Shown here piece after piece: positions 55,049 to 63,790 of a stretch of DNA of 64,000 nt (position 1 is the first letter of the stretch; each line of letters starts with the position of its first letter). The position numbers and the translations under genes are program-made. The DNA comes from a virus (lineage: Duplodnaviria; Heunggongvirae; Uroviricota; Caudoviricetes), in the IMG/VR virus record IMGVR_UViG_3300028603_000019, positions 67,877-131,876 of that record; one strand, given 5' to 3'. The notes beneath the pieces are model-generated. The model ran no database searches. It was not told the DNA's origin and worked only from the letters and a program-made list of their open reading frames with translations.

Positions 55049-55665
55049 CATTTCGGAATCCTTCCTAAACTCTGAAACAGGCTTATGTCTTCCCCGAAAA
55101 CGTGGCAAGCGCATTCATATTCCTCTTGGGTAAGATATTCCTGGGTATCTGGTATTGAATTCAGAGTGGGAATAGGAGCACCGAGATATTCTGATATCTC
55201 CTGGACATCTTCTAGGAACAGGACTGTTTCTGGAAGTGGACCATCGTATATGTCGTTTGTTATGAAATATGAGATTGACCTGAAATGAATATCCCTTTCA
55301 GCGTCCGAGGTATCATAGAGGTAGCTTAGGAACTGTTCCCTGGTCGCCACTTCTCCCCTTGGGAAAAATTGCCGAGGTCTTCTATCAAAATCCTTGAGCA
55401 TGGACTTGAAGCGGTCAATGGGATTTCGGATTACAGTGAAATTCACGCGACCATTGGTGAAGGCATACGATGGCGTGATATATTGAATATGCTTCTCGGA
55501 ATGGATCCAGGACCAATATTTGGATGATCCTGGATCAATTTGTCGATGAGACAAGTCTAGGAGAACCTTCTTGATTGAAGTGTTTCCGCATTTCGGAATG
55601 CCCCAATAATTGAGGTTCAGTTCCGACCATTCACTGATGTTATATGTTAACTTGAGATGTGTCAT
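55048..55665 (-). CDS. sulfotransferase-family protein
   Basis: 5'-PSB-like motif WGIPKCGNTSIKK; 205 aa. Confidence 0.45.
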   Translation of the reverse strand: MTHLKLTYNISEWSELNLNYWGIPKCGNTSIKKVLLDLSHRQIDPGSSKYWSWIHSEKHIQYITPSYAFTNGRVNFTVIRNPIDRFKSMLKDFDRRPRQFFPRGEVATREQFLSYLYDTSDAERDIHFRSISYFITNDIYDGPLPETVLFLEDVQEISEYLGAPIPTLNSIPDTQEYLTQEEYECACHVFGEDISLFQSLGRIPK

Positions 55666-55751
55666 GTCGACCTACTTAGTCTGGTCGGAAGACATTACAA
55701 GGGCTCCAGAATCTTTCAACTCTGAAGCCCCGAATAATGGTGATCTGTTGA

Positions 55752-56054
55752 TCAGATGTGCTTCGGCAGATTTTTCAGGCGCCGTTCCAAATCAGCAATG
55801 TCCGAGGACTGCGAAAGATAGTCATGAACAGGATCTTGCTTGAACACGGCTTTGATAGTTGTCCAGATTTGTGATATCCAAGATGGTCCAGCTTCTTCGG
55901 CTACCCTCTGGGCAGATTTGTATGAAACTTGTTCAATGCCATAGCGGGTCAGTCCAATATCGTCCAGTTCGCGCTGAGAAAGGGACATGAGTTCGTTTCG
56001 GGTTCGATTGTAGGTGCGCCATTCTTCAAACAGAGTAAACATAGTAGTCTCCAA
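55752..56054 (-). CDS. DUF1127-like protein
   Basis: LSQRELDDIGLTRYGI resembles the DUF1127 signature common in alphaproteobacteria. Confidence 0.4.
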   Translation of the reverse strand: METTMFTLFEEWRTYNRTRNELMSLSQRELDDIGLTRYGIEQVSYKSAQRVAEEAGPSWISQIWTTIKAVFKQDPVHDYLSQSSDIADLERRLKNLPKHI

Positions 56055-56226
56055 AAATTAATCGGTCATTCCTAACTAGATCAATATAAGCTATTGTCGA
56101 CCATTTGAGTAGAGATATTTCGGCAACCTCGGTATGCCACATCCGCATAGCTTGAAGACATTACAAAGGCGCGATCTAGCACCAGGGAAGGAGGGAACAA
56201 CCCAATGCCAAACTCGCGCCTTTGAA

Positions 56227-56275
56227 GGACGGCGGCAGAAAGGAGGCAGACTTGCCGCCGTCTATCTCAATTTTT
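56227..56275 (+). terminator. strong intrinsic terminator on the plus strand
   Basis: Plus-strand 10-bp perfect stem GACGGCGGCA/UGCCGCCGUC, 15-nt loop, then UAUCUCAAUUUUUG. Confidence 0.5.
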
Positions 56276-57019
56276 GATTCTTTCTACAGATTTCTCGTAA
56301 TAGTTATGATTCCTTTCCATGCATATCCATCGGCGACCCGCTCTTTCGGCTGCTATAGCCGTTGTTCCGCTCCCCGAACAATTATCCAGAACCACCTCAC
56401 CTTCATTGGTATAGGTTCGAATGAGATATTCAAACAACGCTACAGGTTTTTGAGTGGGATGAATATTATTTACATCTTTCGGAAAAGTCAGAATGGTTCG
56501 AGGATAACCTACAATATTTGTTTGGGTGTCTCTGTGAGAAGGACGATCCCCCATTACAACGTCACTTGAAGGTTTTTTCTTCCTAGTCACAAAATGATCT
56601 AGTGTAATCAATCCCTGTGGATTATAAGTCATACGATTTTTTGACTGCGCCGCATGTCCCGTTGTTCCTCGACTAAAAATACAAATATCTTCGTGTGCCT
56701 TTAGTGGTTTGTTTTTGGCATGAATATGTCCAGTGGGTCTATTCTTTTCCCAAACCCAGCAATATTTGAAATATTGCATCTGTGAATGAATAAGAGAAGT
56801 GGTAAATGGTTGAGACGCAGTTAGGACAATTGTGCCCAATGGCTTTGTAATTCTCCAATATTGCTCCCAAAGTGGCGCCATGGGAATAATAGAATCCCAC
56901 GAACATGCTGTTGTTCCGTATGGAAGATCACACAAAATCATGTCAATCGAGTGATCTGGAATATCTTTCATCAATTCCAGACAATCACCACTCAGAATTT
57001 TTCCATTGCCAATAATCAT
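56267..57019 (-). CDS. DNA methyltransferase (N6-adenine/N4-cytosine class)
   Basis: MILCDLPYGT (D/S-PPY-type motif IV variant); 250 aa. Confidence 0.7.
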   Translation of the reverse strand: MIIGNGKILSGDCLELMKDIPDHSIDMILCDLPYGTTACSWDSIIPMAPLWEQYWRITKPLGTIVLTASQPFTTSLIHSQMQYFKYCWVWEKNRPTGHIHAKNKPLKAHEDICIFSRGTTGHAAQSKNRMTYNPQGLITLDHFVTRKKKPSSDVVMGDRPSHRDTQTNIVGYPRTILTFPKDVNNIHPTQKPVALFEYLIRTYTNEGEVVLDNCSGSGTTAIAAERAGRRWICMERNHNYYEKSVERIKN

Positions 57020-58626
57020 CGGATATAGTTGATCAACTGTCTTTGTCCATTTTCATAGACCATTGCACATGTCTGTGTCCACGACGACGGAACCCTGTTA
57101 TATCCCAGGTCCAGTTTGGACAGTGTCCCCACCCTGAAGGCTCCTCGTTGAATTGCAGCAGAGTGTGTATGAGCAACCACGCAGTTTCCGAATACCTTTT
57201 CCATAGAGGACAATGAGGATTTCGCTCCATTCAAGCCAATGTCACCATGTGCACCCAATTCCACACCACCTATTACATAACTTGAATCCCTGCTCAAGAA
57301 GTTCCAATGAAGTGGAACCTCTCCTGCCATGGAAGCCATACCATAATATATTGGATCAAAGCCCTCGAGGTAGGCTTTTGCAAGACATACGGCGGTATAA
57401 TGATTCTCCACGTCCTCCACATATTTGCCTGCCTTGATATATCGGTCAACAAATTCATCGTGGTTGGACTTCACGATCACAATCTCTTTGGGATCAAACG
57501 CATTATCGAACTGTGACACGACACTATAAGTCTCTTTGAATTCCTCTTCGAGGCTTGATTTCCGCGTCTGATTTCGATAGAATTTTTCTGTAATGTCTTG
57601 AATATGTCGATTTACGGATAATCCATCAAAGGTGTCGTGAAGGAAGATCGCATTGATTCTGCCCTTGAATTGGCGAAATGTTCCCAGGAAATATCCCATT
57701 GCATCTTGATCGACCGAAGCTGCATGGAGATCTCCAAGGACAATGTTCACCTCGACCTCTTGAGTGGAACCATCTGGTCGATATTCTACCCCCATATCAA
57801 TGAAGCTTCCATCTTCAGCGGCCTGAATTTGTCTGAAGTCAAACTTTTTGTCGTCTATGACCTCGATGATTACAGCGCCAATTGTGTGATCGTGTTCAGC
57901 GATATAAGACAAGCGCTTGGAGACAAAGGTTTCTGTATAGTAGGACGGGACCGTGCAGGCACCTGGAGTCATGATTGCAAAGTTTTTCTCCCGGGAGTTT
58001 CCAGATGGGATATATTCCAGGAACTGCTTGGGAGACGCGAATACATATGAACCCTCGCGGTTACCTAAGCGCTGAAGACCAGTGATCGGCTTCAGTTGTT
58101 TGGCTGAGACCTGGATGCTACATAGCGTGATATTGTCATTCAGGGGAGAATTATTCTGGACAAACAGGTAGCTGGGGTCCTTGAAAACCGGATCAAAAAT
58201 CGCGGTCTTGTTTTCAAAGGAATTGGTCACACTCTCGCATGGCATAATCACGATCTGGGCATTATGCTGCTTGGAATAGGCATCCAGAGCTTCCAGGAAG
58301 CCCACGTGAGCCTTGGAATCCGCAACCGCAGTGGTGACCACGAAGATTGATTTCGTGCTATTCTCCACTGATTTTTCCTGGGAGAACAGGTCCTCCACTG
58401 AGGAGAAATGTTGATTCAAATATTCCGCGTGGTTCTCCCGCATGTATTCATGGAGAAGCGTGATGCCACCAAACTCTCGCCGGATCTTGTCTCGGTTCAC
58501 ATATAGGATGCCGAAGTCTGAATAGGTAGGAAGCTCGGCTCTTTTCTCAACTATAGAAAGGTAGGCATCAATAATTTCTTGTCTGGTCTCCGTTTTATCA
58601 GAAACCTCATTGTTTTCACTGCTCAA
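57016..58626 (-). CDS. large protein with a C-terminal metallophosphoesterase domain
   Basis: GDLH, SNHDE, GAHGD and VVAHTHS motifs in the C-terminal half. N-terminal about 250 residues have no recognisable family. Confidence 0.45.
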   Translation of the reverse strand: MSSENNEVSDKTETRQEIIDAYLSIVEKRAELPTYSDFGILYVNRDKIRREFGGITLLHEYMRENHAEYLNQHFSSVEDLFSQEKSVENSTKSIFVVTTAVADSKAHVGFLEALDAYSKQHNAQIVIMPCESVTNSFENKTAIFDPVFKDPSYLFVQNNSPLNDNITLCSIQVSAKQLKPITGLQRLGNREGSYVFASPKQFLEYIPSGNSREKNFAIMTPGACTVPSYYTETFVSKRLSYIAEHDHTIGAVIIEVIDDKKFDFRQIQAAEDGSFIDMGVEYRPDGSTQEVEVNIVLGDLHAASVDQDAMGYFLGTFRQFKGRINAIFLHDTFDGLSVNRHIQDITEKFYRNQTRKSSLEEEFKETYSVVSQFDNAFDPKEIVIVKSNHDEFVDRYIKAGKYVEDVENHYTAVCLAKAYLEGFDPIYYGMASMAGEVPLHWNFLSRDSSYVIGGVELGAHGDIGLNGAKSSLSSMEKVFGNCVVAHTHSAAIQRGAFRVGTLSKLDLGYNRVPSSWTQTCAMVYENGQRQLINYIR

Positions 58627-58653
58627 ATTACTTCCTCGTTTTCTTGGGGAGCC

Positions 58654-59178
58654 TTAGGTCAATTCCTGGCCTTTGAGGCGAATGTGTTCAATGGAATCCA
58701 GGGAGAATGTCCTGATCACCACCTTGTTCTCAATTCCACCTTGAGACTTGTCTTCCTTCTCGGGGTCGGCGGTCTTGGTGACTTCAAGTCCCTCGATTTG
58801 GTCTTTGGGCGTTTCTTCACCATCTAGATAGTATGTAGTCTTTCCGGGATGCTGAAAAATCACCTCGAGGTATGTCTTGTCGTTGTGTTCGATGATGGGC
58901 GAATTGCCGACGCGGGTTCCCCATGCCCGCTTCCCGACTTGAAATTCCTCCGGGTCTTTACCTTCGGCGACCATCCTGCGCTTCACCATGGACTCATACG
59001 AGTTGCATTGAGTGTTGGCAAACAGGATCACGTTGGACCCGGTCGTGACTTTGACCACGCGGCCTTGATGCGGGTTCTTCTTTCCGCCCTTGAGTTTGAC
59101 CTCGGTCTTGGTATCCAGACCGGCAAAGGTGGAACCCTTCACCTGATCCAGGACTTCTTGAAGTTGTGCTCGGTTCAT
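58654..59178 (-). CDS. hypothetical protein (start at MNRAQL after an AAGAGGAGAG SD)
   Basis: Trimmed from the track ORF. Strong SD 7 nt upstream of the internal ATG. Confidence 0.4.
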   Translation of the reverse strand: MNRAQLQEVLDQVKGSTFAGLDTKTEVKLKGGKKNPHQGRVVKVTTGSNVILFANTQCNSYESMVKRRMVAEGKDPEEFQVGKRAWGTRVGNSPIIEHNDKTYLEVIFQHPGKTTYYLDGEETPKDQIEGLEVTKTADPEKEDKSQGGIENKVVIRTFSLDSIEHIRLKGQELT

Positions 59179-59195
59179 AATCTCTCCTCTTGGTT

Positions 59196-59729
59196 TCAGG
59201 CCGCGACGCCCATGACTTGGCGAGCGGCATCGCGATAGGAACACCCAGCTTTGAACAGGTCTTCCACCTTGGCGATCAGGCGCTTGGCATCTTTTAGAGC
59301 CGGCGGCTTCATCTGAAAGACTTTGACGACTTCCACCAGGGCTTCACGGGCGCAGGACACGTAATTGGTCTTGTACCCATAGTCGTTCTTGATATCCTCG
59401 ATCAGGAGCCCCTCGGCAGGGTATACCCATTCGGGGATCTCGATATTCTCCCGAAACTCACGGGCGACTTGGTAGAATACCTCGTCGGTGACCATCTGGC
59501 GAACGGCGCCGCGGTCATACTGTTTGGCAAATTCTTGGGCAACGAAAGCGGCATCACGGGGGTCGTGAAATTCGCCGAGGTCATACATGGACCACTGCTT
59601 GCTGTTCTTGACCGAAGCCCGGGCATATGCCCGATACTTGTTGGTCGTGAGATTGACCGAGGTGAACTTGTAGCTGTTGAGAGTGTCTTGCTGCTCGGAC
59701 AATTCGAGGCCGTTGCGGTCAAACATCAT
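59196..59729 (-). CDS. hypothetical protein (a replication accessory role such as helicase loader is possible but unsupported)
   Basis: 177 aa; upstream of gp41; preceded by the conserved leader motif. Confidence 0.3.
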   Translation of the reverse strand: MMFDRNGLELSEQQDTLNSYKFTSVNLTTNKYRAYARASVKNSKQWSMYDLGEFHDPRDAAFVAQEFAKQYDRGAVRQMVTDEVFYQVAREFRENIEIPEWVYPAEGLLIEDIKNDYGYKTNYVSCAREALVEVVKVFQMKPPALKDAKRLIAKVEDLFKAGCSYRDAARQVMGVAA

Positions 59730-59796
59730 GGTCAGGTCTCTTTCGGTTGCTTAGCTTAGGTATAGATTAGAACATTCACGCGAAGTTGTAAAGACC

Positions 59797-59997
59797 TCAT
59801 TTTGCCAACCCAACCGTTTCAGCGAAAAAGGTTGGTGTCCATCCTCGAAATCCTGAACCCAGGTTCAATTTTCGTGTGATTTCTTGCATCTGATCACGTT
59901 TCCCAGTGGTTATGATTCGTGTATCAGAGTCCAATTCCTCAATGAAGAATTGTGATGGTTTGACCGGGTTCTTCCGGAGTTTGTATCCCTTGCTCAT
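59797..59997 (-). CDS. hypothetical protein
   Basis: 66-aa ORF. Confidence 0.3.
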   Translation of the reverse strand: MSKGYKLRKNPVKPSQFFIEELDSDTRIITTGKRDQMQEITRKLNLGSGFRGWTPTFFAETVGLAK

Positions 59998-61379
59998 TTC
60001 AATTCTCCTGAAAATGATGGTTTCTTGGACGACTTGGTATTGAACGTGAATTCCTCTTGATCTTGAGCTTTCACAGCAGCTTGTTGAGTCTGTGCATTTT
60101 CCTCAAGATCATATAGCTTCATCTTGGATCTGTCAATCCCAACCGCAAATCTTGTATAGTATCCGATATCTCCCCATCGGTTCTTCAATTGCTTGATAAT
60201 GATCTGTCCCATTTCACGAAGCTCCTCACTCGAGATTAACGCGAACATAGAATCTGCCGACATGGGTAGGCCCATCGATTCCGAAGTATTCGTGAGATCC
60301 ATATCTGAAGAACCATACGCTCCCCTATTGGCCTGCGTGGCTGAGATGATAGGAACATTAAACTCCATTGACAGGCCGCGGATTTCTTCCGCAATAGATT
60401 TCACGAGTGTATAGCTGTTTGCGCCCATGCTGCTCTTGATCCTAGAGGATGCGCAGATATTGAGATAGTCGATGAAGATAATATCGGGAACAAATCCCTT
60501 CTTCAGTCTTAGGTCGTTGAGTAGGTGTCTAAAATGTCCCGCATGAGCGACCGCAGTTGGATATTCCTTTATGATCAGTTTCCCGACCGTCTTGGATTTC
60601 AAGCGTTCTATCCGTTTCTCAAATGAAGCCCTCGGAAGTTCCTTCAGCTCATCTAATGTGACGTCCAGTAGGTTAGCATCTATCCTCTCGGCGATTCGCT
60701 CCTCTGCCATCTCGGCAGTGATATAGAGGACATTTTTCCCAACTAAGAATGATTGGGCTGCGAGGTGACACATTACCAGCGTCTTACCCACGCCGGTCTC
60801 ACTCATGAGAATATTCAAGGATTTCCGAGGAAGCCCGCCTTTAGTGACCTTATCCCAGAGGGCAATTCCAAAGGGAAGCCTTTCTTCCTTCCGATGATAG
60901 AACTCAAACCGAGACTCGTGATCTTCGGCATAGTCATGGCCGATGTGAGTATCGAAGTTGATCCCGAGGGAGTCCGATAGCAGCTTCGGGATCATCCCTT
61001 TATCGAGTTTCTTCTCCTTTCCGTCCAGAATCATGATACTCTGACGGATGGAGTTGTAGAGGTCCTTGTCTTGGCAGAACCTCTCGGTCTCGTTCAACAA
61101 CCAGGTCTGATCCGTGTCTGGATCAAGCTTAAGACTTGATGCCGCTTCCATGACCTCCTTGAACAATGTCTCATTGAGGTCTTTTCGCTGATCGAGAATT
61201 ACCTCGAGGGCTTCCCTTGAAGGCGCGGCATCATACTTCTCAACATACTCGGCAATGCTACTGTAGATTTTTCGAAGTGCCGGTTCATCAAAGTAATCCT
61301 CCTTGAGATAGGGGATTACCTTCTTGTAATATTCCTCATTGAAGAGGACATTGGAGATAATGCTCTTTTCGATTGTCAT
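59994..61379 (-). CDS. gp41: replicative DNA helicase (DnaB-like, T4 gp41 homolog)
   Basis: Walker A SETGVGKT; DnaB-family layout; 461 aa. Confidence 0.75.
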   Translation of the reverse strand: MTIEKSIISNVLFNEEYYKKVIPYLKEDYFDEPALRKIYSSIAEYVEKYDAAPSREALEVILDQRKDLNETLFKEVMEAASSLKLDPDTDQTWLLNETERFCQDKDLYNSIRQSIMILDGKEKKLDKGMIPKLLSDSLGINFDTHIGHDYAEDHESRFEFYHRKEERLPFGIALWDKVTKGGLPRKSLNILMSETGVGKTLVMCHLAAQSFLVGKNVLYITAEMAEERIAERIDANLLDVTLDELKELPRASFEKRIERLKSKTVGKLIIKEYPTAVAHAGHFRHLLNDLRLKKGFVPDIIFIDYLNICASSRIKSSMGANSYTLVKSIAEEIRGLSMEFNVPIISATQANRGAYGSSDMDLTNTSESMGLPMSADSMFALISSEELREMGQIIIKQLKNRWGDIGYYTRFAVGIDRSKMKLYDLEENAQTQQAAVKAQDQEEFTFNTKSSKKPSFSGELK

Positions 61380-61381
61380 GA

Positions 61382-62458
61382 TCAGTCGTCGGCATCCAGT
61401 TCATCTTCCATATCATCAGGGATTTCATCGTCTGATACTACCGGAGCCTTGAGCTTATATTTATCCTCGACAAAGGACTTGAATTTCGGGTGATCCAAGA
61501 CTTCCTTCCAATATTCCTTGTCTCGAACCAAATCTCCCTGCCGATAACTCTTCTGGGAAATCTCACCCGTCTCTTGATCAACCTTGTTATACCAACCCAT
61601 CTTGGGCTTAACGATAAATCCAGATGCCAATGCTAGATCAAACAAACCCGAATTTTTATTGATACCACCTTTGAAAGTGACATTAATGGGTATCTTGGAT
61701 TTCTCCTTTACATATCGGGATTTTTCGATATTAATCACAAAATTGTATCCAGATACCTCAGCTCCCTCCTTTTCTTGTTGACGACCAACAATCCAGATGT
61801 CATTTGAACTATAATACAATCCAGTTCCGCCGGAAATGATGGCGCGAGGGTACATTCCTTGCTCCATATATACATGATTTATGATAATCATGGGAATATT
61901 TTTGAGAGACAGGTGAGGAGTTGCAATCCTAAATACAGATTTTAACTGCTTAGCTCTTGACATATCAGCAACTGATTTGCCATCAAGGGCATCATCTGCC
62001 TCTTTGACGGATGCCAAGTTACCTATAGAGTCAACTACAATACAAACATTATCTCCTCGTTTGAGTTCATTGAGTTGCTTTGTTATGTCAAATTTGAGCT
62101 TCTCAATATTTACGACCGGTGTGTGAACTACACGATCCATGTCTAATCCGAAGTTGGCAAAATATTCCGGTGGTGAACCAAATTCCGAATCATAGAACAG
62201 GACGATACCATCGGGATATTTTCTCTGATATGCCGCGGCCATTACAAGGGCAAAAGCACTCTTGAAATGCTTACTGGGACCCGAAACGCAAAGAAGTCCG
62301 GCCGTGAGCCCCCCATCCAGTGATCCCGACAATGCCACGTTTAGCATGGGAATATCTGTTTGAATTATGTCTTTCTTACCATATACTTTGGACTCATTGA
62401 TGAGTGCCGTCTCTTTAATCGTTGAATTTTTCAGGAGCTTCTCAATCAGGGCGCTCAT
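61382..62458 (-). CDS. uvsX: UvsX recombinase (RecA-like)
   Basis: RecA-core pattern CVSGPSKHFKS; 358 aa. Confidence 0.75.
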   Translation of the reverse strand: MSALIEKLLKNSTIKETALINESKVYGKKDIIQTDIPMLNVALSGSLDGGLTAGLLCVSGPSKHFKSAFALVMAAAYQRKYPDGIVLFYDSEFGSPPEYFANFGLDMDRVVHTPVVNIEKLKFDITKQLNELKRGDNVCIVVDSIGNLASVKEADDALDGKSVADMSRAKQLKSVFRIATPHLSLKNIPMIIINHVYMEQGMYPRAIISGGTGLYYSSNDIWIVGRQQEKEGAEVSGYNFVINIEKSRYVKEKSKIPINVTFKGGINKNSGLFDLALASGFIVKPKMGWYNKVDQETGEISQKSYRQGDLVRDKEYWKEVLDHPKFKSFVEDKYKLKAPVVSDDEIPDDMEDELDADD

Positions 62459-62793
62459 ACATCATCCTCACTATCTAGGATCTTTTTCAATTTCTTCTTG
62501 AATTCCCCAATCTTCTTGTCACGATTAGGCCAATGAATATCTTTCTCGGGATTGGCCGCCAGGTTGTCCAAGAATGGTTCCACCAGGGAATACAATTTTT
62601 GTGCTTTGGAATTGTTGGATGCTTTGAGTTTCACGGCTGTCTCATCGACAAAGCTGAAACCGAAGTCATCACCTAATTTTGGGGTCTCTGGACCTAATTT
62701 TGGGGTCCGGGGACACACTGCCGCCTCCTCTTCGGTCTTGCACCGAGATTTGTCAGCGTAACCACAGTGGTCACATATGGGTTCAATGCTCAT
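62455..62793 (-). CDS. hypothetical Cys-containing protein
   Basis: 112-aa ORF; CDHCG ... C...C. Confidence 0.35.
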   Translation of the reverse strand: MSIEPICDHCGYADKSRCKTEEEAAVCPRTPKLGPETPKLGDDFGFSFVDETAVKLKASNNSKAQKLYSLVEPFLDNLAANPEKDIHWPNRDKKIGEFKKKLKKILDSEDDV

Positions 62794-62805
62794 GTTGGGA
62801 ATGAA

Positions 62806-62832
62806 GTGGGAGGAGATTTGTCTCCCCTCCCA
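62806..62832 (-). repeat. GC-rich hairpin element, copy 2 (UGGGAGGGGAGA-CAAA-UCUCCUCCCA)
   Basis: Lies in the 46-nt gap after the gp32 stop. About 85% identical to the element at 21781..21808, including flanking ATGAAG. Confidence 0.45.
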
Positions 62833-62839
62833 TCAAAAC

Positions 62840-63790
62840 TCAGCTTGCGGCGAGTTTACGAAAAAAGTCAAGGTCTGAGTCGGTATCTTCTTCCGCGACG
62901 GATTCCGATACCTTGGTTTCTTTCTGCTTTGGTTCTTCCACTTCCTTGGAAGCTCCGACCTTGGTCATGTCGATGTCTTCATCTACCAAAGTTTCGGCTC
63001 GCTTGGTCGCCGTTTCACGACGGGAAGCCGCTTCCTCATTTCCGTCACCCAGACCAAGGACACGATACAACTTGGCCTCCAGTTCTTCATAGGTCTTGAA
63101 ACTGGATGGATCATGGAGAGGTTGAAGGGGATGAATCTGTTCAACGATCTTTTCCAGTTCATCTTCATCGTCTGACAATGGACCAGGAGTATCCCATTCG
63201 GATCTATCATAGTTGGGGAACCCGTCTACCTGGCGGATCTTGAGCCTGAAGTTTGCTCCCTCGAAAATGTCAAACGGATCAACCGGCTTGTCATCATCAA
63301 ATTCAGGGTAGATCATGTCATTGATCTTCTGGAAGATTTTCTTGCCGTAGGCATACAGAAATACTCGTCCTTCTGATGCCGGGTTATTGGGATCCTTGAC
63401 GACGTAGATGTTGGAAATATACTTCATCCGGCGCTTCTGTTTCCGGGCAATTTCCTTGTTGGCCTCAACGCCGGAATTCCACAGTTTCGAGTTGTATTCC
63501 GAAACGGGGTCGGGCTTCTGGATCGTGGTCAGTGATTTTTCAATATACCAACCACCGGGACCTTGAAAACCATGATCCCACATTTCCACGAATGGAATAT
63601 CTTCATCTACAGATTCTACAGGAAGGAAACGGATAATAGCGGAACTGTTGCCATTGGAATCACGAGTTGGTTTCCAATACTTGTCATCATCGGCATTGCT
63701 GAACCCTTTCTTTGTGGTCCTGTCGATGTGTTCGCGCAGTTTATCCAGTGAGTTGTTCTTCTTTTTCTTCAGTTTATCAAGTGCAGACAT
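62840..63790 (-). CDS. gp32: ssDNA-binding protein (T4 gp32 homolog)
   Basis: AIIRFLP, HGF, GWYIE, VVKDP, GKKI..KIN and EGANFRLKIRQVDGFPNYD all parallel T4 gp32; acidic C-terminus. Confidence 0.8.
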   Translation of the reverse strand: MSALDKLKKKKNNSLDKLREHIDRTTKKGFSNADDDKYWKPTRDSNGNSSAIIRFLPVESVDEDIPFVEMWDHGFQGPGGWYIEKSLTTIQKPDPVSEYNSKLWNSGVEANKEIARKQKRRMKYISNIYVVKDPNNPASEGRVFLYAYGKKIFQKINDMIYPEFDDDKPVDPFDIFEGANFRLKIRQVDGFPNYDRSEWDTPGPLSDDEDELEKIVEQIHPLQPLHDPSSFKTYEELEAKLYRVLGLGDGNEEAASRRETATKRAETLVDEDIDMTKVGASKEVEEPKQKETKVSESVAEEDTDSDLDFFRKLAAS

